A stretch of 64,000 nucleotides of DNA from Eledone cirrhosa (lineage: Eukaryota), in contig OZ024741.1 of the NCBI GenBank assembly GCA_964016885.1, positions 317,192,001-317,256,000 on the forward strand, read 5' to 3'. Both the position numbers and the translations under genes were made by a program. Of this stretch, positions 28,014 through 42,221 are shown in pieces (the stretch's first letter is position 1; every line of letters begins with the position of its first letter). The notes under the pieces are model-generated. The model was not told the origin of the DNA. It made no database searches and saw only the letters and a list, made by a program, of their open reading frames with translations.

Positions 28014-31000
28014 TTCTTCTGGTTTTATAATTTCATAAAGTTTTACCAATAGAGAGAGAGTCGGTTTCTAACATAGACACAAGACTCTCTCATTGGAATT
28101 TACACAACATCAACTCGGTAGATATGTATGTATGCATGCATGTGTAGATATGGATGCTATTGTATGTGTGAATGTGGATGTTTTGAGTTCTATGTGTGCA
28201 TCTGTATATGCTTTGTATCTGTACATGTGTATATGGAGTTATTAGATGCAACATTTTTGGAATGTTTTACATATTTTTACTGTTCCATTAATGGATTGTA
28301 CTTGTAATTTCCTAACTAGTTGTGTTCTTTCTGTTCCTGTGAAGCCTAGCTTCTCAAGATTTGTATTGAGGCAGTTACTAACTTATCCCAGTGCCCCAAT
28401 AGTCACAGGCATAAATCTGAAGGTGTGATCAGGCTGGAGTATCTGCAAATTTCTTATCAGTTCTACATAAATATTCTCCTTTTCACTAATCTTTGATATT
28501 ATATTGGCATCTGCTGGGCAGCTAATTTCCACTACTGTGCATGTTTTCTTCTCCCTGTCCCATCCTCGATGTTAGTTCTACAGAGTCTGAAATTGTTTTC
28601 ACATCTAGGTGTTTTGCCTGCATCCCTATCTCTTTTGTGAATCAGGTATTTCGTGCTAATCTCCTGTTCCTGGATTGCAAAATCATATCCTTCAAAGTGG
28701 GAGCCAATATAGCGGTTGTTGGGCCAAGATAGACTACTTTCCTTATCTATATTATTCTCACTCTGGAGCTTCCTGGTAACATATCCATGCATGATTTTTT
28801 GCTGATAGGCATGCAGTTTTCATCCATGGATTCACTGCGATACTGCTGAGCGACATCCCTGGGTGTGAGTTTTTGATTATCACACAGGGAATATCTCTCA
28901 AGGAGTTCCTTCCCAACTTTCATGATCTTATCTGTTTCATGCAGATAGACTTGCTCGAGAAACGGGCTCCTACGCTTCGAGGTTCGTAGATGTTGTCGGA
29001 GAGATATGATGCGACATTCAAATGTTGTCTGGACTGATGTTAGGCCTCTGCCTCCCTGCTTACGTTTCAAGTAAAGGTGGTCTATGTCACTGTTGATGTG
29101 GAAGTTTCCGGTGTTGTTCAGTATTTTTTGAGTTCCAACATCAATAGCTAGGATTTCGTCTATCATCCAATTGAGTATTCCAAACGTTGGTGTTAGGACA
29201 GGCACAGCAAACATATTGTGAGCCACTGTTTTGTTTTGCGCAGAGAGTTCCGATGACCAGATCTTTCTTAATCGGGTGTAGTATTCCCTCGTTACGCGTT
29301 CATTATTACAGATACCATTATAGCATATGTTCTCATCTATCATCAGGTATCTGTAGCAGTCCTCATCAGATATCGGTGAAACAGTTAGACTATTGATGAC
29401 AATGTTGCTAGATTGGGTTGTTGTTTTTCCCCGCTTTACAGTCATGTATGAGCATTTATCTTGGCCAAACTCCATTCCTATATCCTTTGAGAACGTTGTA
29501 ACCAGGTCAAGATTTTTCTTCATCCCATCCATGTTCTTGGCATAGAGTTTCAGATCGTCCACAAAGAAATTATGGGTTAGGTTCGTATTTCTGTCCTCCT
29601 GTGAGCCAATGATGTATCTCTCACATTCTTGAGCAGAAAGGACAAGGGGTTTAATGACAAGATGAACAATATCACAGAGAGACTGTCCCCCTGAAATATA
29701 CCCCTGCAATATTTTATTTTATCAGTGAAAATAGAGTCCTCCCTCTCTGTCTTTAACCTTCGGATAGTAGCCCAAGAAGAAGACAGCCTCTCTATGGCTC
29801 TGACAATAATGTCTGGGACTTTAGCAAGTTGGAGGGCCTCTATCATCCAAGAGTGGGGAACAGAAAGCTTTCCTGTAGTCCAGCCACACTGTAGTCATAT
29901 TCCTCCTAAGTTGTCGCACCTCCGACATCGCAATTTTGTTGATTAAGAGTTGTTCAGCATATCCCCAAATCCCTTTCTTTCCAGCTGCTTGTTCATCTGT
30001 GATGATGTTATTATTTTCACAGTGATCTTGGAGGAATAGGTTCAGGTAGACTGTATACATCTTATACATCAGGTTCTGGCATGCAATGGGTCGGTAGTTT
30101 TTTGCCAAGTGGGTGTCTTTGTTCTTGGGGACCAGTAATGTGTGTGCTAATGTCAACCATTCTGGTATAAGCGTATCTCCCTTAAGAACTTGTTGGTAGA
30201 GGTCAGTAAGATACCTCCGATAGAATATTAGATTTTTGTACCAGTAGCCGACAATCATGTCTCTTCGTGGTGTTTTCTTATCTTGGAGTTTTCCTATGAC
30301 AGTCTCAAGGGTACCCTCACTTATTTCGTATGTTTTTGTTGTAGTGTAGGAGCAATAGTTCTTTCGGATTTCTCTTAGCCACATTGCATTTTGGTTGAAA
30401 TTCTTCTTTTCACCCCATATTTTTCTCCAAAAGGAATCTATGTCTTTCTGGGATGGGGCCTCAGTGACACTTATTATTTTGCCCTTCATATCTCTATAGA
30501 CTGATGTTTGGTTTCGTCTGAATCTTTCATTAAGCATTTTTCTCTCATCTACCTTCTTCAGGTATCGGCGTTTTTCGCTAACAGCTCTCAATTCTTGTTT
30601 GAGGGTGATCAGCTTATATTGGAGAGTTCTGGTTCTACTGTTACCAAACATCGTCTCTATTTTATTTTTCACTCTTTGTTGGTGAGGAGTGAGGTTTTTT
30701 TGTGTTTGTTTGCATGTAAGGAGCATTGTCACATGTCCTATGTTTTTTTAGTAGGTCAGCACTCTTTTTTTTATTTTAGTTATATATTATGGTATTTTTG
30801 GTGGTGTTTTGTTCTTGTTAATATCTCTGCTATCACCAAGATAATGCTTCACTGTCATTGCTAAGGCATATAAACAGGCGTTGATTTGCCAAAATGTTGG
30901 GGTTTTTATCCGTCGTAAATATTCATCCCCTATTTCGTCAATAACACCTAGTATTTCATTATTTGGTTTTTTATTCACCATTGTCATTTTAACACGTTCA

Positions 31001-31283
31001 GCAAGAGAGATATTTATACATGAGTTAATTTCTCTCTGGAATATTTCGTTGAGGGAAATGTTGTGTTCAGCCATGCTGTTTGTAGCAAATCCTTGTAAAA
31101 TGAATTATGTATTTAGTGGGATATCTCTACGAATTCGAATAAAAGGTGTCTTCAGAAGATATATTTAGAAGAATAACCAGTTATTCAACCTGACTGTAGT
31201 TGTGGCATTACTGTCGGAGATTCATCTTAAATTTAATAAATAGTCTTCCACGCCAAAATATGCGACTGATCGTGTTGACTGTC
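28014..31283 (-). mobile_element. R4/Dong-like RLE non-LTR retrotransposon, ~3.3 kb, frameshifted
   Basis: RT motifs NYRPIACQNLMYK, WLDYRKAF, RGIFQGDSLS, FFVDDLKLYA, YLKRKQGGRGL and C-terminal VVEISCPAD...IGALG. Single-ORF layout with no APE domain. Both ends abut (TATG)n. Confidence 0.9.
28747..30732 (-). pseudogene. Reverse transcriptase of the R4-like element (three overlapping frames)
   Basis: ORFs 29821-30732, 29577-29846 and 28747-29709 join into one RT domain via frameshifts. Confidence 0.9.
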
Positions 31284-31578
31284 TATGTATGTATGTATGT
31301 ATGTATGTATGTATGTATGTATGTATGTATGTATGTATGTATGTGTATACGGTATGTATGTATGTTTGTATGTGCGTATGTATGTGTGTGTATGTGTGTA
31401 TGTATGTATATATGTATGTATGTATGTATGAATGCATGTATGTATGCATGTTTGTATGTATGCATGACTGTATGTATGTTTATACAGTATGTATGTATAT
31501 ATGTGTGTATGTATGTACAGTATGTATGTATGTACAATATGTATGTGTGTATGTAGTGTATGTATGTGTGTATGTATG

Positions 31579-32262
31579 TTCTTCTGGTTTTATAATTTCA
31601 CAAATTTTTACCAGTAGAGAGAGAGTCGGTTTCTAGCATAGACACAAGACTCTCTCATTGGAATTTACACAACATCAACTAGGTAGATATATATGAATGT
31701 CTGCATGTGTAGATATGGATGTTATTGTATGTGTGGATGTGGATGTTTTGAGTTGTATGTGTACATGTGTATATGCTTTGTATCTGTACATGTGTATATG
31801 CAGTTATTAGATGCAAAATTTTTGGAATGTTTTACATATTTTTACTGTTCCATTAATGGATTGTACTTGTAATTTCCTAACTAGTTGTGTTCTTTCTGTT
31901 TCTGTGAAGCCTAGCTTCTCAAGATTTGTATTGAGGCAGTTACTAACATACCCCAGTGCCCCAATAATCGCAGGCATAAATCTGAAGGTGTAATCAGGGT
32001 GGAATATCTGCAGATTTCTCATCAGTTCTGCATAAATATTCTCCTTTTCGCTAATCTTAGATATTATATTGGCATCTATGGGACAGGGAGAAGAAAGCAT
32101 GCACTACTGTGCCTGCATTTTATTGGGGCGTTTACTGGAACATTCCACCAGTACTCTTTCATATTATGTACATGGATGTCTTCAACATTTCTGTAGCTTT
32201 TAATGTGTTTATTATAGGGCCTATCTTTTCTACGGGTTGTATTGTACAGTGTTTTGGCCACT
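31579..32262 (-). mobile_element. 5'-truncated R4-like copy (RLE + 3' UTR)
   Basis: Same 3' end TTCTTCTGGTTTTATAATTTC as 28014. Encodes KENIYAELMRNLQ...PAIIGALG. (TATG)n on both sides. Confidence 0.9.
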
Positions 32263-32374
32263 ACGTATGTATGTATGCATTTATGTATGCATGCATGTAT
32301 GTATGCATGCATGTATGTATGTGTGTGTGTATGTATGTGTGTGTGTGTGTATGTATGCATGTATGTATGTTTGA

Positions 32375-32782
32375 GGGAGAGATAACCCCTTAGCCTTTGT
32401 CAAGGCAGAATTCTAGGAGAAGGAAAACTCTGATATAACACCTGCAACTCTGATGGTATCCAATGATGATGACTTGTTCTTCTTTTTGGTAAATATCATC
32501 TTGGTTAAGAGAGTGGGACTGGCTTTGTGCAGTGCCTTTGCTCACTATAAAAGCTTCACGGCACAGGCATTTCTTTATATCTGGAAATTTCTCTGCACTT
32601 GTCGTCACATGGTACCATGGGCCCAGCACTATGTATCAATAATTGTCACAAGTGTAGTGTTTGTACCAGAATTTTCAAGTCGCTGGCTGGACTAAAAAGT
32701 CATATTCGTTCAGCGCATCGGTAGGGGTTCTCCTACATGGATATAAAGTAGTGGCCATACTCGAAAACGAGTTGGCAGCCAC
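32375..32782 (+). mobile_element. Non-autonomous RTE-derived element, 5'-truncated copy 3
   Basis: Matches copies 1 and 2 and is followed by degenerate (TATG)n. Confidence 0.85.
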
Positions 32783-33099
32783 TATGTATGTTTGTATGTA
32801 TGCAAGCATGTATACATGTATGTATGCATGCATGTATGTATGTTTGTATGTATGTGTGTTTGTATGTATGTTTGTATGTATGCATGTTTGTATGTATGTA
32901 TGTATGTTTGTATGTATGTATGTAATTATACCATGATTTATCAGCGATTTGCAGTCGAATCAAGTAGAGAACCTCTGAGTGGATGCTCGAGCTGCTAGAC
33001 ATAGCAGCCAAATCTCTCTCAATTCACGCCTTATTGACTTAAAACTTCAAAGAAAACAGACACAATGATTAACGTAACTTTAGATAGTTTTCCTTCAAT

Positions 33100-33880
33100 A
33101 CTAATGTTTCTAATTTAGGCACTAGGCCAACAATTTTGGGGGAGAGGAAAATCGATTATATCGACTTTATTTCATCGATCACTGAAAGATAAAAAGCAAT
33201 ATTGACCTCCTTTAACATAGAGCGTAACATAGAACGTAAAGAGTAGTAACTAAATACCATAACTATTTGTCCGACAATCTAACGATTCTGCCAATCCAAA
33301 ATTCTTAGAGCCTCTCAAATAACAATTGTGTCTAACATAGGCACAAGGCCAGCAATATGAAGAAATTTGATTAGACTGGCGCCAGTACTAGACTGGTAAT
33401 TTATTTTATTGATCACTTAAAGATGAAAAGCACAGTTGGAGTTTTCCGGTGTTATCCAATCCAACGTAAAATAATTATTCGAATAGAAACCACATTCTCC
33501 TTTGTTGCTTCCTGTAAATATTCCTGTATCAATAGAAGTCTTGTTTAGTGATGACGTACGCGATTTTTTTTTTTTTTATCACCGATAACATTGAAGATTG
33601 ACAGTCAGCAACATCTATCAACAACATTATTTAGCAACGTCATTCAGCGACGACCTCGAGGAAGCGATTTATTTTATTTAAGGTTCTCACCAGCAGAATA
33701 CGTGCAGCAGTTTTCAGGATGTTAAGGCAGCGTTTTTCAACCTTTTTACCCTTGTGAAATAGGCGGCGAATTTATGGTATTCGTTCCGGATCTCTGTTCT
33801 CTGAGTTCAAATCCTGCCGAGGTCAACTTTACCTTTCATTCTTTCGAGGTCGATTAAAAAAAGTACCAGTCTAGTACTTG
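33100..33880. mobile_element. Old SINE fragments (33100-33300 -, 33325-33430 -, 33760-33880 +)
   Basis: Diverged matches to the SINE family (GAGTTCAAATCCTGCCGAGGTCAACTTT; GGCACAAGGCCAGCAAT). Confidence 0.7.
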
Positions 33881-34491
33881 GGTGGATTCTTCCTCTATAT
33901 CTCTTTCTCATTTCCTCTCTCTCACTTTCTATCTTTCTCTGGAAGAAATCTGCTGTACTCAGTCATGAAGAAACGCTGTATGTCAAAACGGCGCCCCTAC
34001 AACTCTATCAGAAGTTACGGGACCATACACACACATCTTTGTGAAACCCTTGAAATAGTTTTCATGTCTCAGGGAAACCCTGCACAAAAATTATTATATA
34101 CTAGTATTAATAACTATCGCTTTTAGTGGTTGAAACCTATATTATTAATAACCAAGCATCTTCCAACAATATGCCGTACGTGTATGGTAAATTTACGAAT
34201 ATAAGTTTAAACAAAAATTATTCAACATTCTATTTTCATCGTTATCACCATTGTCATTATAATCCACGGGCTTCCAAACAGCTTCCGTCTACCAAATTTC
34301 GGTTGATACGAGTTTATGGTAAATGATACAGACCCAAGATGCCACACAGTGGAATCGAGCCTAGGACGCAATGATTAAGAAGAGAAGTTCTTCTTCCTGT
34401 ATACACACACACACACACACACATATATAAATATGTATATATATATGTGTGTTTGGGATTGTGTGGGTGTGTGTGTGTGTGCGTGTGTATG

Positions 34492-34782
34492 TTCTTCTGG
34501 TTTTATTATTTTATAAATTCGGTAGAAGGTCGGACGCCATGCTTTGCAGCATAGAGTTACGGCCCTTTGCAGTCTGAGTTCAATTCCTGCCGAGGTCAAC
34601 TTTGCCTTTCATCCTTACGGAGCCGATAAAATAAAGTACTAGTAATGCATTGGATGATTGCTGGCCTTGTGCCAAATGTAGAAACAATTATTTTATAAAT
34701 TCACCATAGAGACAGAGAGACGGTTTCTGACAAAAACAAAACGCTTTCGTTGGAATTTAGACAACGTCAACTAGGTAAATAC

Positions 34783-34867
<85 letters not shown>

Positions 34868-36160
34868 TGCACAGGTACAGATGTTATTACATGTATTATA
34901 ATATATGTACACGTGAATATGCTTCTGTATCTAATCATGTGTATATGCAGTTATTACATGCTAAATTTCCTAAATGTTTTACATATTTTTAACAGTTCCA
35001 TTAATGGACAGTATTTGCAACTTCCTAACTAGCCGTGTTCTTTCCAATTCTGTGAAGCCCAGCTTCTCAACATTTGTACTGAGGCAGCTATTAACAAATC
35101 CCAGAGTCCCAATGATCACAGGAACACATCTAAAAGGTGCAAATTCCTCATTAGTTCAGCTTTTCTCCTTTTCACTGATATTTAGCATTATATTGACATC
35201 TACTGGGCATGATTTTCACTACTGAGCACACCTTCTTTTCTCCGTTCCATATCACTATGTTTGGTCTGTTATGTTTACATGTTTCATATTATGTTTGCCT
35301 ATGTCCGCCACATCACTGGAACTTTTTATTCGTTTATTATCACGGTGACTACGGATTGCATTGCATAGTGTTTTGGCCACTACATCATTCCTCATAGGTA
35401 GATAGTATCGTGATGACATCTTTGGGCAGCGGCTGATGATGCAGGTGACATATTCAATGTTTAGTCCGCAGAGTTTGCATCTGTTGTCACATCAAGGTTT
35501 TTTTGCCGACATCCATATCTCTTTTGTGCATCAAGTATTTCGTTATTATTTCCTGTTCTTGGATTACAAAAGCATATCCTTCAAACTGAAAGTCAATATA
35601 CCTGATATTGATAGACTAATTTGCCACTCTCCCGTTGAAGCTTTCTGGCAATATAGACATGCATGATTTTTTGCTAATCAACGGGCAGCTTTTCATCCAG
35701 GAATTCATCCAGGAATTTATTCCGATATTGCCCTGAGTGTGAGTTTTTGATTATCATGGAGGGAATATTTCTCAATAGAATCCTTCCCAACTCTCATGGC
35801 GTTATCTGCCTCATGTAAACAGGCATGTTCTATAGATGGGCTTCTTCGCTTGGTAGTTCGTAGATGTTGTCAGAGGGATTTGATGCGAAACTCAAATGTT
35901 ATTTGGACTAATGTTAAACCTCAACCTCCCAGTTTATATTTCTAATAGAGGTAGTCTATGTCACTATTGATGTGGAAATTTCCAGTGCTGGATAGAAGTT
36001 TTCTGGTTTTAACATCAATAGCTCGGATTTCATTTAGCTTCCAGTCATGTAGTTTAAATGTTAGTATCAGTATAGACATAGCAAAGACATCGCAAGCTAC
36101 CGATTTATTGTGCGTAGAGAGTTCAGAAGTCCATATTTTCCTTATTCAGATATTATATTA
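34492..36160 (-). mobile_element. Older, decayed R4-like copy with a SINE inserted at ~34516-34692
   Basis: 3' end GTATG|TTCTTCTGGTTTTATT. Body is homologous to ~28014-29280. Confidence 0.8.
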
Positions 36161-36330
36161 GTATGTATTTCTGCTTATATATCAGCGATAGAACAGAGCA
36201 CATTTAGCTTCCCGCTAACAGGGTAAACGGGAAGTATATGCGAACATGCATAGGGACATACACACTCACACGCACATATACATAATATATATGTGTATGT
36301 GTGTGTCTGTGTGAGAGAGAGAGAGAGAGA

Positions 36331-36400
<70 letters not shown>

Positions 36401-36472
36401 GTAACACCTCCACTTTGTCCTTATTATATGTTTATATATATATATATATCTGTAACACCTCCACTTTGTCCT

Positions 36473-36526
<54 letters not shown>

Positions 36527-37130
36527 ATCTGTGTATATATATTCATGTATTTATATTTATATGTATATGTGATGAAAATATTGTTTGCCGTGCTGGTTTG
36601 TTGCATGCAGTAGTGTGTTTGTGTGATATTGGCTATGGTTGTAGTAATAGTATATGTGGTGTTGTTGGTGGTGGTGGTATTGATACTTGGTTGGTTACAG
36701 TAGTGTGGTGGTGGTGGAGGTGGTAAACAGCAAAAGGCACTGTTGTTATATGATGGTCATATAATAAATATATTGATAGATACTTTACAATTGCTGTGGC
36801 TCTGTTATGATCTAAATTGATCAATGGATGATCAAAGTACACTTGGAAACCTATAAAGGGAGATTGGCATCATAATTATGTGTGTATGTATGTGCGTGTG
36901 TGTAAAGTGTGGATACGCCTGCATATATATATATATATTTATATATATATATGTCTGTGTATGCGTAAGAATGTATATATTTAAAGTACATATGTGTGTG
37001 TGTGTATGTATTATACACATATTTATATATATATGCATATACATATACATATATGCATATACATATATATATGCATATACATATATATGTATATGCATAT
37101 GCATTTACATATATATGCCTATGCATATAC

Positions 37131-37164
<34 letters not shown>

Positions 37165-37456
37165 ATGTATATATATAGATATATTTATGTGTGCGTGTGT
37201 GTGTGCGTGTGTATCGCCACAGATATACGTATATAGTCTTATGTATACGTAGATTATATATATGCATCTGTGACTTTGCTTGTATGTATGTGTGTGTGTA
37301 TGGCTGTGTGTGTGTCTGTCTATCTGTCTATATGTGTGTCTGTGTGTGTATTGATATATAAATAAAAACATGTTAGGACTTTTGTGAAACAATGGCTTCT
37401 TTTATTGGTACATTTATTGCAGCTTTACATTATTCGCAAATCTACATCATTTACAT

Positions 37457-37985
37457 ACATATATACAAACACTCACCACATATACAGATATATATATACA
37501 TATATACAAACACTCACCACATATACAGATATATATATACATATATACAAACACTCACACACATATACAGATATATATATACATATATACAAACACTCAG
37601 CACATATACAGATATATATATACATATATACAAACACTCACACACATATACAGATATATATATACATATATACAAACACTCACCACATATACAGATATAT
37701 ATATACATATATACAAACACTCACACACATATACAGATATATATATACATATATACAAACACTCAGCACATATACAGATATATATATACATATATACAAA
37801 CACTCACCACATATTCAGATATATATATACATATATACAAACACTCACCACATATACAGATATATATATACATATATACAAACACTCACACACATATACA
37901 GATATATATATACATATATACAAATACTCACCACATATACAGATATATATATACAAACACTCACACACATATACAGATATATATA
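37457..37985. repeat. Minisatellite, ~41-42 bp unit, ~13 copies
   Basis: CATATATACAAACACTCA(C/G/CA)CACATATACAGATATATATATA. Confidence 0.9.
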
Positions 37986-38066
37986 TATATATATATATAT
38001 ACGATACACACACATATATACAGATATATATACATATATATATATATGTACACTATACACGCACAC

Positions 38067-38131
<65 letters not shown>

Positions 38132-38153
38132 CACTATGCACACACACATATAT

Positions 38154-38225
<72 letters not shown>

Positions 38226-38506
38226 TATACACACACATATATACACATACAAATTAGCACGTTCGAATAAGTGTCGAATATATGTGTGTGTATGTATGTG
38301 TCTATAACTATGTATGTGAGTGTCTGGCTGTTTGTATTTGTGAAAGTGTGTGTGTATGTGTGTATGTGCCTGTGTGCGATGTATGTGTGTACGTGTGTGA
38401 CTTTTATCATGAGATTAATGTCCATATGATTGCTGCAAATTCGAGCAATGCCTCGTGATTTATGTGAGACTAGCCTGAATTTTGCAGCACTCTCATGGAA
38501 CATAAT

Positions 38507-38596
<90 letters not shown>

Positions 38597-38720
38597 ACGT
38601 AAGTATATATTTATATACATACATATATACGCATCTATATACGTATATGTGTGTGTGTGCATATATGTAAGTACATATATGTGTGTGTATGTATATATGT
38701 AAATCTATCTAAGTATATAG

Positions 38721-40412
38721 ATATTCAATGATATTAAATAAATGGAAACTATATTTATAAAACCATATTTATTCTATTATATATATTTCAAGGGCACTTT
38801 TATCAGATAAAGTACAAAGTTTGTTTTATAAATTTTGACATAACCAAGAAAGAGATACCTTAACGCTTCAAGTTTTCCTTGGATAATGAAGGGATAAGAG
38901 AAGAAAAGTCAGATATTTCAAATTATTAAGATGAGTATGCAAATGAGGTTGAGGTATAGGGCTGGAAAAAACGTTATTTTAGACGCTATGCAGAATTTAA
39001 ATAATTAGGATATATGTATGTATGAGTAGGAAGAAGAAAAAAGGAAGAGCTTGTATTTACGTTAATTTAAAAGGAATTAACATCGTGGAATATGATTCCA
39101 GAATTTAAATTTATTTAGTTTTATTATGAGTTATAATATTGTATATATAATCAATTAGATTATATGAAGAATTATGGTTGTAAGTATATTTTATCTTATT
39201 ACATTACAATAGGTTATAAATATATAAATATCTATATATATTAATAATTGCGCATGTATAAGTATTATAGAAATAGAAATAATTTACAATTATTAATTGT
39301 TTATATTTCTAATATGAGTTATGAAGGATGTTGATTTTGCATTTTACATAAAAAAAAAACAGGTGGTTTAAGTTGTAAGAGGAGAACAATTTGTAGATTG
39401 AATATTTTGTTCCAGCATTGAAAATGTTTTCAGAATATTGTTAATTTAGCGAAGTCATATAGTTAATCGTACATATTATATTATATCATGTTTATGTTTG
39501 TATGATTGAAAAGGGAAAGATAACTCCAATCTTGTTTGTTAATCGTTAAAATTGATGAATGATTTACTCAGAAAACATATAGAGAAAATTATATATTATT
39601 TTGTGTGAGATTAATTATTTTAATCGAAAGATGTGTGAAAGTTTGAAGATCAAAGTGAGAGGGAAAACGTAATGTGCATTTCGAAGAACTATCGTAAAGA
39701 GGATAAATTTTCAGATTGTCAATTAAAGATTATCAATCTACATCTAAAAACATATATTTAGAGGGGTATCATTAGGAAAATAATAATGTCAGAAGTAAAA
39801 AATATTTTCAAATATATATATTAAAAAAATTAATGTCAAAAGGTAAAAATAGTAGAAATATAAAAAAATATTAAGAAAGAAGATCATTTAAAAGAATTTA
39901 CATTTAAATTTAAATTTAAATTTTTAAAGAAAATAGGATCATTTTGAAGGTGTACAAGATATAGTCAAGTGTAATGAATATCATAAATTAAAAATACTTC
40001 TGAAAGTGGAATGTTGATGATGTCTGCAAGAAGAGAATAGTTCTGTTATAAGATTAATAGAGATATTCTTCCTTTTTCTTCTTCCTACTCATTCATACAT
40101 ATATCCTAATTATTTAAATTCTGCATAGCGTCTAAAATAACGTTTTTTTTTCCAGCCCTATACCTCAACCTCATTTGCATACTCATCTTAATAATTTGAA
40201 ATATCTGACTTTTCTTCTCTTATCCCTTCACTATCCAAGGAAAACTTGAACCGTTAAAGTATCTTTTTCTTGGTTATGTCAAAATTTATAAAACAAACTT
40301 TGTATTTTATCTGATGAAAGCGTACCAAAGTTTTGGTGCCCTTGAAATATATATAATAGAATAAATATGGTTTTATAAATATAGTTTCCATTTATTTAAT
40401 ATCATTGAATAT
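38721..40412 (-). mobile_element. AT-rich Penelope-like element with ~330 bp inverted termini
   Basis: 38721-39047 mirrors 40067-40412. Hammerhead-like CTGATGA...GAAAT at 40311-40348. The interior is AT-rich with only weak PLE-like translation. Confidence 0.65.
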
Positions 40413-40615
40413 TATACTCCAGAAAACTTGTCGAGTGCTCTGAATCAGTTATAAACATTTATATTTGTTGAATTACCAACAAATTGAATATCCCTTTTGC
40501 TTAAATATATAGATAGATTTACATATATATATACACACACACACATATACATATATATACATGCGTATATATGTTTGTATGTAAATATATACTTACGTAC
40601 ACACACACACACACG

Positions 40616-40656
<41 letters not shown>

Positions 40657-40894
40657 TCGTCACTGTATTCATACTAAGTGTATTTTCTGAAATAGGTCAT
40701 GTCATATATTCTGTTTTTGTTGATTTCCATTTATAATATTTACCACATCTACAGCTTTCACTTCTATCTAACTCGGCCTTCCATATTGCTATTGTTGCCA
40801 TTGTTGCTATTGTTTTTCTTATTATTCTTAGTATTGTTGTATTGTTATTATTTCAGGAGTGACAGCTATGTATTGACAGAATCGCTAGAGAAAC

Positions 40895-41540
40895 TGAAGA
40901 AATGCTTTGCCATATTTCTTACGGAATGGTACGTTCTAAGTAAAATCCTGCCGAAATCAAATTTTCTTTTCATCGTTTCGGGGTCGGTAAAATAAAGTAC
41001 CAGTCAAGTATTCGTGTCGATTTTATCGGCTTCTGTTTCCTCTCAAATTGCTGGTCTTGTGCCTAAATTAAAAACTGTTATTAATATTTTTATTATTGAT
41101 ATTTCAAGGGTGGTGGATTAACAGTATCGGTAAAGCGTCGGACAATATGCTTTGTGGTGGCATATAGTTACGGCCCTTTACGTTCTGAATTCAAATCCTG
41201 CAGAGGTTAGTTTTGCCTTTCATCCTTACGGGGTCGATAAAAAAAGTACTAGGAATGCACTGGGGTCGATTTAATCAACCCAAAAAATTGCAGGCCTTGT
41301 GCCTAAAGTAGAAACAATTATTATTGTTTTTTCAGGATTGGCACTATCGGTAGAGCGTCGGACACAATGCTTCGCGGCATAGAGTTACAGCCCTTTCAAA
41401 TCCTACCGAGGTTAGCTTTGCCTTTCAACATTACGGGATCGATAAAAAAAAAGTACTAGTATCGCACTGGAGTCGATTTAATTGATTTTCCCTTCGCCTA
41501 AAATTGTTGCCCTTGAGCCTACATCATACACCATTATTAT
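40895..41540 (+). mobile_element. Three tandem SINE copies
   Basis: Units at ~40895-41080, 41107-41322 and 41336-41540. Confidence 0.85.
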
Positions 41541-42002
41541 TGCTATTTCAAATGCATTTCTACATCGGGTGGTGGACGTTGGTATTCTTGGGGAAGCAGG
41601 GTGGGGCATTTGGTGTTCTTATTTTTGTGAGAGTGGAGTAGTATCGACTCCTCCCGTTAGTGTACGTGCGCCAGTCATGTTTTGTTTTGGGGGCTTAGCT
41701 AGATGTGTCATGTGCTGTTTGGGGGTTTGTTCTGTTGTATTTGCTGTGTGTAATGTAGGTTGGGTTATTTTATTGAGTAGAACATGTTGTGTGAGTTGTG
41801 TTGTTTTGTTTTATTAGGTGTTTATTATATAGGATGTGTGCTGTGTGTAAAGATGGCTCTACTTGAGCTGTATTATTGAATCGATAATGTCTTGCCAAGG
41901 ATGTGGACTGTTTCTAGCTGATCTGTGTGTGTGTGTTTGTTTGTGTGTGTGTGTGTGTGTGCGTGTGTGTATGTGTGTGTGAGTGCGTGTGTTTGTGCGT
42001 GC

Positions 42003-42080
<78 letters not shown>

Positions 42081-42221
42081 ATGTGTGTGTGCATGTGTGT
42101 GTGTGTGACAGCGTCTAGTATTGTGAACCCAGTTACAGCTACAAAGAGTTTGTTGTTATTTATTTTATCATACCAAGTGCTTCTATTATTATTGGCATTG
42201 CTTTTCCTTCATGTCCCATGT

